A stretch of DNA of 64,000 bases from NCBI GenBank assembly GCA_963723305.1, contig CAVRRT010000046.1:239-64238 (forward strand). Direction: 5' to 3'. The stretch is from an uncultured Pseudomonadota bacterium (lineage in GTDB: Bacteria; Myxococcota_A; Polyangia; Fen-1088). Within the stretch, counting starts at the first letter, position 1, and every line of letters begins with the position of its first letter. A program made the translations under genes and the position numbers. Of the stretch, positions 56,802 through 64,000 are shown in pieces. Below the pieces are notes generated by a model. It worked only from the letters and a program-made list of their open reading frames with translations, was not told where the DNA came from and did no database searches.

Positions 56802-59800
56802 GTGGTCTCCTCCGCACCGAGCTTCTCGGCGATTCCTGGCCCCAGGCCTCACCTCGCCTAACTCGGCCGGCGGCTGCGGACCGCGGCCGGCATGCCGCGC
56901 ACGAAGAGGTAGAGCGTGCCGCCGAAGCGCGCTTCGTAGCTGGCTGCGTCGGTGACGCCCAACATCTGCACGAGCGCGAGCGCGTAGAGCTGCTCCTGCA
57001 GGGCGTAGTTCCTCGCCACGTGCGCCTCGATGACCGCCGCGTCCCAGGCCGGCAGGCGATCGGTCTTCCAGTCGCCGAAGTAGGCCCGCCCCTCGTGCTC
57101 GAAGAGAACGTCGACGAATCCTTTGACGAACCCCCGATCGGCGCCGCCCGCGGCGGCGGGGAAGGGGAAGAGGAACTCCATCTCGCGGGCCACGCGCGTG
57201 GCGTGCGCGAGGCCGGGGATGGCGCCACCCACGATCGGCAACGGCGCGGTGAGCGCCGCGTAGACCAGGCGCGCGGCCGCGAAGGGCTGGCGCGGATCGC
57301 GGCCGTGTCGGCGCAGGGTCGACTCGATCATCGCGTGGATCTCCGGCTGCGCCGTCCAGCTCTCGAACCCGGCGGCCGCGCGCAGCCCCTCGAGCGGCGC
57401 CTTCTCCAGCAGGTCGTGCAGGAAGATGCCGGTGCGCGCGCCGCCCGGCAGTTGGTCGTCGCCCAGCGGCGGCGCGTCGGTCGTCTCGTCGTGGATCTCG
57501 GTGGGCGGACGATAGCCGCCTTCCGACTGTTTGATTCGGCTGTACGAGGTGAGCGTGGGGCCGAGCCGCTCCCGGCGGAGGCGCCCCAGCGCCGCTTCGG
57601 GCACCGCCGTCTCCTTGTCGGCCTCGGGGCGCCAGCTGAAGAACGGCAGCGTGACGCGCGGGCGGTCGCCGTCGCCGGCGCCGCGTCGATCGATCAGGAC
57701 GTCGCGCGTCTCGAAGTGTCGTCGTTGCGTCTCGTCGGCGCGCAGCGCACGCAGCCGCCGGTTGACGTGGGGGTATCCGCCGGTGATCTTCCAGCGGTCT
57801 TCCTGACCCGGCCGCCATCCAAGGCTCCTCGCCCTCGGCTTCACCCGAGAACGGCAGGTAGAGCCGCCGCCGGGCGCGGGTCAGCGCCACGTAGAACAGG
57901 CGCTGGTCTTCGCTGTCGCGCTCGCGCTTGATGAGGTCGACGATCGCCTTGCGACGAGGTCGCCCGGCGGTCGCCAGCGCGGGCGCCCGCTTCGACGTAC
58001 TGGCGCACGCCCCGGTTCGGCGAGGGGCTGAAGCCGCCGTAGAGAAAGACCACCTCGGCCTCCAGCCCCTTCGCCTTGTGCATGGTCATGATCTGGACGG
58101 CGTCGCGATCGCTCTCGAGCCGCTGCACGTTGCCCTCCTCGGCCTCCGGCACCACCAGCTTCTCGCACAGCGCCGAGAGTCGGCGGACGACGTCGCCGAG
58201 CGGCCGCGCCACCCGGGCGGCCTCGGCCGCCAGCATCTCCAGGAGGTGGCGGATGTTCGTGAGGCGCCGCGCGCTCTCTCCCAGGAACAGCTCGCGCAAG
58301 ATGACGCCGCTGTCGTCCAGGATGCGCGCGTAGAGCACGTCGAGCGGCTCGCGTGGCGGCGACCGCGTGCCAGTCGGCCAGGCGCGCATAGAGCGGATGC
58401 TCGGGGCCCGCGCCGACGGCCGCCGGCAGATCGCCCAGGGCCAACCCGAAGAACGGCGTCAGCCAAGCCCGCAGCCGCTTGGCGCGATCGTGCGGGTCGG
58501 CGATGGCGCGCAGCAGATCGCGGATCTGCCGCGCCTCGGGCGACAGATAGAGGCCCTCCTGGTTGTAGAGCACCTGGGGGACGCCGCGCGCGGCGAGCGC
58601 GGTCGCCGCGGCCCGCCTCCCGCCAGGTCCGCGTGAGCACGAAGATCTCGCGGGCCGGCGGCGCGTTCGGCGCGCTCAGCAGGCCGGCGATCTCGTCGGC
58701 GATGGCCCGGGAGAGCCCCGCGCGCACGGCGCGCATGGGCAGGCGCGCCACGTCCCCCTCGGCGGTCACGCGCAGGAGCGTGAGCGCGGCGCGCGGATCG
58801 CCCCGACCCGGCCGCGCGCGCCGCCGTAGGTCACCGGGGGCCGGTAGTCGCCGCCGGCGCTGAAGAACGGCTCGGCGACCTCTGATCGAGGATTGCGTTG
58901 TAGGCGTCGATCACGGCCGCGGTGGAACGAAAGTTCCGCGACAGCGCGTGCGGTCTCCGGCGGCGCGAGCTCGGCGCAGGCCTGCGTGAAGGTGGCCACG
59001 TCGGCGCCGCGGAACCCGTAGATCGACTGCTTGGGATCGCCGACCAGGTAGAGCGGGCTCGCCACCCGCTCCCGCAGATCGTCCGGAAGATCTGCCACTG
59101 GACCGGATCGGTGTCCTGAAATTCGTCGACGATGGCCAGCTTGAAGCGGCGGCGCAGCGACGCTGATGAGCTCCGCGCCGCGCGGACCCTGGAGCGCGTC
59201 GCGCACCAGCTCCAGCATGTCGTCGAAGTCGTAGAGCCCGGCCGCCGGCTTGCGCGCCGCCAGCCGTTCGGCGACCGGCGGCACGAACTGCTGGGCGATC
59301 GCCGTCTCGAGAGGGACCGCCGCGTCGGCCAGCTCGGCGACGGCGCGGGCGACCTCGGTCGGCTTGAGGTTGAAGCGCTCGACCACGAACGCCAGCTGGT
59401 CCTCACTGGAGACGGGAACGTCGAGCGCCGCCAGGAAACGCGCCGTGTTTCCGTCGCCCTCCAGCTTGCGCGCCGCCGCGTGCACGGTCAGGAGGCGCTT
59501 CCTCACCGCGGCCGCCGAGCGTCCGCCCACGCCGATCTTGATGGCCAGATCGATCGTTGCGGGCGTGAAGCTGGCGAAGGCGCGGGCGGCGGCGGCGACG
59601 CGCGCCGGATCGAACGTGGTCGCCCAGCGCGCGCGAAGTTGATGCGCCTGGTAGAGCAGCCGCTCCAGGTTGGCGACCGATCCCCCCGCGCCAGGTAGGC
59701 CTCGAGGTAGGGGGCCTGCTCGGGCGCGACGGCCAGCTGCTGGCGCAGGACCTCGGCGAAGGCGGCCGCGAACGCCGCCCGGCTCTCGACGCTCTGCTGA

Positions 59801-59943
59801 ATGAGCAGTCGTCCGCCCGCGAAGGCCTGTTCGGTGAGGACGCGCTGGCAGAACGAATGGATGGTGGAGATCGGCGCACCGTCGATGGCGCGCGCGGCGG
59901 CGGCCAGGCGGAGACGCGCGCCGTCGTCGATCGCCCAGGCGCG
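55929..59943. repeat. Left arm of large inverted repeat (in-window counterpart of 59985-64000; outer limit approximate)
   Basis: It is the reverse complement of the right arm. It is near-identical from ~59276 to 59943 and diverged, with indels, further out. Left-copy homology actually continues to 54924. Confidence 0.85.
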
Positions 59944-59984
59944 GTCGCCGGTGACTGGCTTTGCCGGCTCTCCCGCCAGGCGGA
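56798..59984 (-). pseudogene. recB: recB (exodeoxyribonuclease V beta) copy 1, 5'-truncated and needing >=10 frame switches
   Basis: RecB blocks are spread over minus-strand ORFs 59503..60069, 58766..59530, 58831..59406, 58086..58769, 57881..58573, 57841..58389, part of 54924..57890, and 56858..57844. The blocks are ISTIHSFCQ, IVDEFQDTD, YLVGDPKQSIYGFRGA, MTMHKAKGLEAEVVF, ALTRARRRLYLPF, and the nuclease motif GFVDVLFEHEGRAYFGDWKTD. There is no Walker-A N-terminus. Confidence 0.8.
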
Positions 59985-62900
59985 CGCGCCTGGGCGATCG
60001 ACGACGGCGCGCGTCTCCGCCTGGCCGCCGCCGCGCGCGCTCGACGGTGCGCCGATCTCCACCATCCATTCGTTCTGCCAGAGCGTCCTCACCGAACAGG
60101 CCTTCGCGGGCGGACGACTGCTCATTCAGCAGAGCGTCGAGAGCCGGGCGGCGTTCGCGGCCGCCTTCGCCGAGGTCCTGCGCCAGCAGCTGGCCGTCGC
60201 GCCCGAGCAGGCCCCCTACCTCGAGGCCTACCTGGCGCGGGGGGATCGGTCGCCAACCTGGAGCGGCTGCTCTACCAGGCGCATCAACTTCGCGCGCGCT
60301 GGGCGACCACGTTCGATCCGGCGCGCGTCGCCGCCGCCGCCCGCGCCTTCGCCAGCTTCACGCCCGCAACGATCGATCTGGCCATCAAGATCGGCGTGGG
60401 CGGACGCTCGGCGGCCGCGGTGAGGAAGCGCCTCCTGACCGTGCACGCGGCGGCGCGCAAGCTGGAGGGCGACGGAAACACGGCGCGTTTCCTGGCGGCG
60501 CTCGACGTTCCCGTCTCCAGTGAGGACCAGCTGGCGTTCGTGGTCGAGCGCTTCAACCTCAAGCCGACCGAGGTCGCCCGCGCCGTCGCCGAGCTGGCCG
60601 ACGCGGCGGTCCCTCTCGAGACGGCGATCGCCCAGCAGTTCGTGCCGCCGGTGGCCGAACGGCTGGCGGCGCGCAAGCGGGCGGCCGGGCTCTACGATTT
60701 CGACGACATGCTGGCCCTGGTGCGCGACGCCCTCCGGGGGCCGCGCGGCGCGGAGCTGGTGAGCAACCTGCGGCGGCGCTTCAAGCTGGCGATCGTCGAC
60801 GAATTCCAGGACACCGATCCGATCCAGTGGGAGATCTTCCGGACGATCTGGGGAGAGGGTGGCGGCCCGCTCTACCTGGTCGGCGATTCCAAGCAGGCGA
60901 TCTACGGATTTCGGGGCGCCGACGTGGCGACCTACATCGCCGCCTGCGACAGCATCGCGCCGCCGGAAGATCGGCACGCCCTGCGGCGAAACCACCGCTC
61001 CACCCGGGCCGTGATCGACGCCTACAACGCGATCCTCGATCAGAGCGCCGAGAACCCCTTCTTCACCGGGAGCGTCCGCTACGACGCCCCCGTCAGCTTC
61101 GGCGGCGCGGACGACGTGCCGGTCGAAGCGTCCGCCCCCATCACTCTCCTGCGCGTGACCACCGCCGACGATGAGGTCGGACGCCTGCCGATGCGGGCGG
61201 TGCGCGAAGGGCTGGCGCGCGCCATCGCCGGCGAGGTCGCCGGGCTGCTCGCCGCCGGCGACCCGCCGCGCGCCAGCGACATCTTCGTCCTCACGCGCAC
61301 CTGGATCGAAGCCAAGGCCGCGGCGACCGCGCTCGCCGCGCGCGGCGTCGCGGCGGTGATCTACAACCAGGAGGGGTTGTACGGTTCACCGGAGGCGCGG
61401 CAGGTGCGCGATCTGCTGCGCGCCATCGCCGATCCGCGCGATCCGGCCAAGCGGCTGCGCGCCTGGCTGACCCGTTCTTCGGGCTCACGCTGGCGATCTC
61501 CCTGCCGCGGCCGCCGCCGATGGTGACCATCCGCTGTTCGCGCGCCTCTTCGCCTGGCACGCCGCCGCCGCCCGCGAGCCTCTCGGGCGGCTCTACGGAC
61601 GCATCCTCGAGGAGAGCGGCGTCATCTTGCGCGAGCTGTTCCTGGGAGAGAGCGCGCGCCGCCTGGTGAACATCGGGCACCTCCTGGAGATCCTGGCGGC
61701 GGAGGACGCCCGGGTGGCGCGGCCGCTCGGCGACGTCATCCGCCGACTCTCGGCGCTGTGCGAGAAGCTGGTGGTGCCGGAGGCCGAGGAGGGGAACGTG
61801 CAGCGGCTCGAGGGGGAGCGCGACGCCGTCCAGATCATGACGATGCACAAGGTGAAGGGGCTGGAAGCGGAGGTGGTCTTTCTCTACGGCGGCTTCGGCC
61901 CCTCGCCGAACCGGGGCGTGCGCCAGTACGTCGAAGCGGGCGCCCGCGTGGCGACTGCCGGGCGACCTCGTCGCAAGGCGATCGTCGACCTCATCAAGCG
62001 CGAGCGCGACAGCGAAGACCAGCGCCTGTTCTACGTGGCGCTGACCCGCGCACGGCGGCGGCTCTACCTGCCGTTCTCGGGTGAAGCCGAGGGCGAGGAG
62101 CCTTGGGATGGCGGCCGGGGTCAGGAAGACCGCTGGAAGATCGCCGGCGGATACTCCCACGTCAACCGGCGGCTGCGTGCCCTGCGCGCCGACGAGACGC
62201 AACGACGACACTTCGAGACGCGCGACGTCCTGATCGATCGACGCGGCGCCGGCGACGGCGGCCGCCCGCGCGTCACGCTGCCGTTCTTCAGCTGGCGCCC
62301 CGAGGCCGACAAGGAGACGGCGGTGCCCGAAGCGGCGCTGGGGCGCCTCCGCCGGGAGCGGCTCGGCCCCACGCTCACCTCGTACAGCCGAATCAAACAG
62401 TCGGAAGGCGGCTATCGTCCGCCCACCGAGATCCACGACGAGACGACCGACGCGCCGCCGCTGGGCGACGACGAGCTCCCGGGCGGCGCGGGCGCCGGCG
62501 TCTTCGTGCACGATCTGCTGGAGCACGTTCCGCTCGAGACGGTGCGCGGCGCAGGCGGGTTCGAGGCCTGGGGGGCGCGGGCGGACGTCCGCGCGTTGCT
62601 CGAGTCGACCCTGCGCCGACACGGGCGCGATCCGCGACAGCTCCTTCCCGCCGCGCGCCTGGCCTACGCCGCGCTCACTGCGCCGCTGCCGGTCGTCGGA
62701 GGCGTCATCCCCGGCCTCTCCCACGCCGCGCGCGAGGCGCGCGAGATGGAGTTCCTCTTCCCCTTCCCCGCCGCGGCCGGCGGCGCCGATGGGGGTACGT
62801 GAAGGGATTCGTCGACGTTCTGTTCGAGCACCAGGGGCGGGTCTACTTCGGAGACTGGAAGACCGACCGCCTCCCCAGCTGGGACGCGGCGGTCATCGAG

Positions 62901-63131
62901 GCGCACGTCGCCAAGAACTACGCGCTGCAGGAGCAGCTCTACGCGCTGGCGCTGGTGCGTATGCTCGGCATCACCAGCGCCGCCGACTACGAGGCCCGCT
63001 TCGGCGGCACGCTCTACCTGTTCGTGCGCGGCCTTCCGAGCGCGGTCCGCAGCCGGCGGCCGACGTTCGGCGAGATCGAGGCCTGGGGCCAGGAGATCGC
63101 CCAGCGGCTCGGTGCGGAGGAGACGACGTGA
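59985..63131 (+). pseudogene. recB: recB copy 2, 5'-truncated at the palindrome junction, with >=4 single-base frame disruptions
   Basis: RecB homology threads through plus-strand frames 59857..60423, 59961..61526, 61627..62802 and 62103..63131. The disruptions are at the G run 60239-60244, the C run 61471-61473, CTGGCG at ~61490-61495, and the G run 62791-62795. Confidence 0.8.
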
Positions 63132-64000
63132 GCGCGCCGGAGCGACGGTGGCCGCCCGCCTGGGCGGAGGTGCTCGTCGGCCTCGACGTCGACGAGGCGG
63201 CGCTGCATCTGGCGCTGGAGGCCGCCGGCTGGCCGGGCGCTCTCGCCGGTCCCGCGCGCCGCGCCTTCGCGCTGTTGGTCCTCGCCTCGTGCACGGCGCG
63301 GATGGAAGGGGCGACGCGGCTCGCGCTCGGTGGCGGGCTCGACGGGCGCCTCGAACGGCTGGGGGCCCGCCCCGACGATCGCGCGGCGGTCGCCGCGCTC
63401 GTCGCCGGGCTGGCGGAAAATCCGGCGCTGGCGCCGCTGGTCGGGCGCCCGGGCGACTTCCGGCCGTTCATCGTCGACGGCGCGTACCTCTATCAGGAGC
63501 GCGACCTGCGGCTCGAAGAGCGCCTGGCCGAGGCGCTGGCCGCGCGGATCGCCACCCCCGCGCCGGCGCTCTCCGATCCGGAAGGGGCGTTGGCGGCCGC
63601 CGCTCCCCCGGGCCAGGGGACGCAGCGCCGCTGGACGCCCGCGCAGAGCGCGGCGATCGCGGCCGCCCTGGCGCGGCCGTTGACGGTGGTGACCGGCGGG
63701 CCCGGCAGCGGGAAGACGTCGCTCATCGGCGGCATCGTCCGCGCCTGGCGTGCCGCGGGAATCGCCGCCGAGGCGATCGCCGTCGCCGCGCCGACCGGCA
63801 AGGCGGCCCATCGGATCGCCGAGGCGCTGCTGGCCGAGGGCCAGGCGACGCCGGTCCCCGGCACCCTGCACCGCTTGCTCGGATACTCTGCGCAGCGGTC
63901 GCTGCGCGGCGGCGCGTTCCGCCACCACGAGAACAACCGGCTGCCGCACGCGGCCGTCGTCGTCGACGAGGCGTCGATGGTCGACCTGGTGCTCGTCGAG
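63128..64000 (+). CDS. recD: recD copy 2 (partial, continues beyond the window); uninterrupted for the 291 codons visible
   Basis: GTG at 63128 overlaps the recB stop (GTGA). Hand translation gives VSAPERRWPPAWAEVLVGLDVDEAALHLALEAAGWP...TVVTGGPGSGKTSL...VVVDEASMVDLVLVE with no stop. Confidence 0.85.
   Translation, partial: MSAPERRWPPAWAEVLVGLDVDEAALHLALEAAGWPGALAGPARRAFALLVLASCTARMEGATRLALGGGLDGRLERLGARPDDRAAVAALVAGLAENPALAPLVGRPGDFRPFIVDGAYLYQERDLRLEERLAEALAARIATPAPALSDPEGALAAAAPPGQGTQRRWTPAQSAAIAAALARPLTVVTGGPGSGKTSLIGGIVRAWRAAGIAAEAIAVAAPTGKAAHRIAEALLAEGQATPVPGTLHRLLGYSAQRSLRGGAFRHHENNRLPHAAVVVDEASMVDLVLVE

Larger units (their letters stand above)
59985..64000. repeat. Right arm of large inverted repeat (runs off the window end)
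   Basis: See the left arm. The arms are separated by the 41-nt unique spacer at 59944-59984. Confidence 0.85.

Noticed and set aside
54924-57890. Single 988-aa ORF spanning 54924..57890 on the minus strand.
   Set aside because: Only its two ends and a short middle piece show real homology (RecD C-terminus, RecD N-terminus, and a RecB ALTRARRRLYLPF block). The rest is Arg/Pro-rich junk. It is a chimera of frames across frameshifted recB/recD.
59403-60523. Pair of nearly identical 240-aa ORFs (59403..60125 minus, 59801..60523 plus), and 188-aa ORFs mirrored around ~59964, which could be taken for a duplicated novel gene.
   Set aside because: They are out-of-frame or antisense readings of the recB sequence in the two palindrome arms. 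Their identity only reflects the inverted repeat.

Overview
This is a 64-kb, very G+C-rich bacterial chromosomal window. Its gene content resembles a cellulolytic myxobacterium (Polyangiales-like), which is inference only. The supporting features are many lipobox proteins with Gly/Thr/Ser tandem-repeat linkers, two ~1300-aa Ser/Thr-kinase/P-loop NTPase proteins, an NtrC-type enhancer-binding protein, a GH6 cellulase and a CE15 glucuronoyl esterase. Housekeeping content includes Fe/Mn SOD, a LysR regulator divergent from a short IPMS-family enzyme, a three-gene sdhCAB operon, leuS and tRNA-Thr(CGU). There is also a lipid-modification cluster (membrane phosphoesterase, desaturase, SDR, frameshifted cfa). 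The most striking structure is in the last ~9 kb. It is a head-to-head inverted duplication (near-palindrome, symmetry centre ~59,964, 41-nt unique spacer) of a 5'-truncated recB-recD module. The central ~0.67 kb of each arm is almost identical and the outer arms are clearly diverged. Both recB copies and the left recD need many frame switches to read. It could be a real fold-back rearrangement that inactivates recBD, or an assembly artefact. Other points worth a second look are listed here. (1) A VTC(CYTH-like)/thymidylate-kinase-repeat fusion/DUF4956/lipoprotein operon. (2) A lower-G+C accessory block next to tRNA-Thr, carrying a CBM-like S53 peptidase and an ECF sigma plus Ser/Thr-kinase-NTPase pair. 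(3) A 638-aa lipoprotein made of nine 35-aa six-Cys repeats with three RGD motifs. (4) Two odd AT-rich non-coding segments that share short motifs. (5) Single-nucleotide frame disruptions in cfa and in a secreted glycosidase-like gene. I recognised no rRNA, CRISPR array, transposase or integrase. All start codons in this G+C-rich DNA are provisional.
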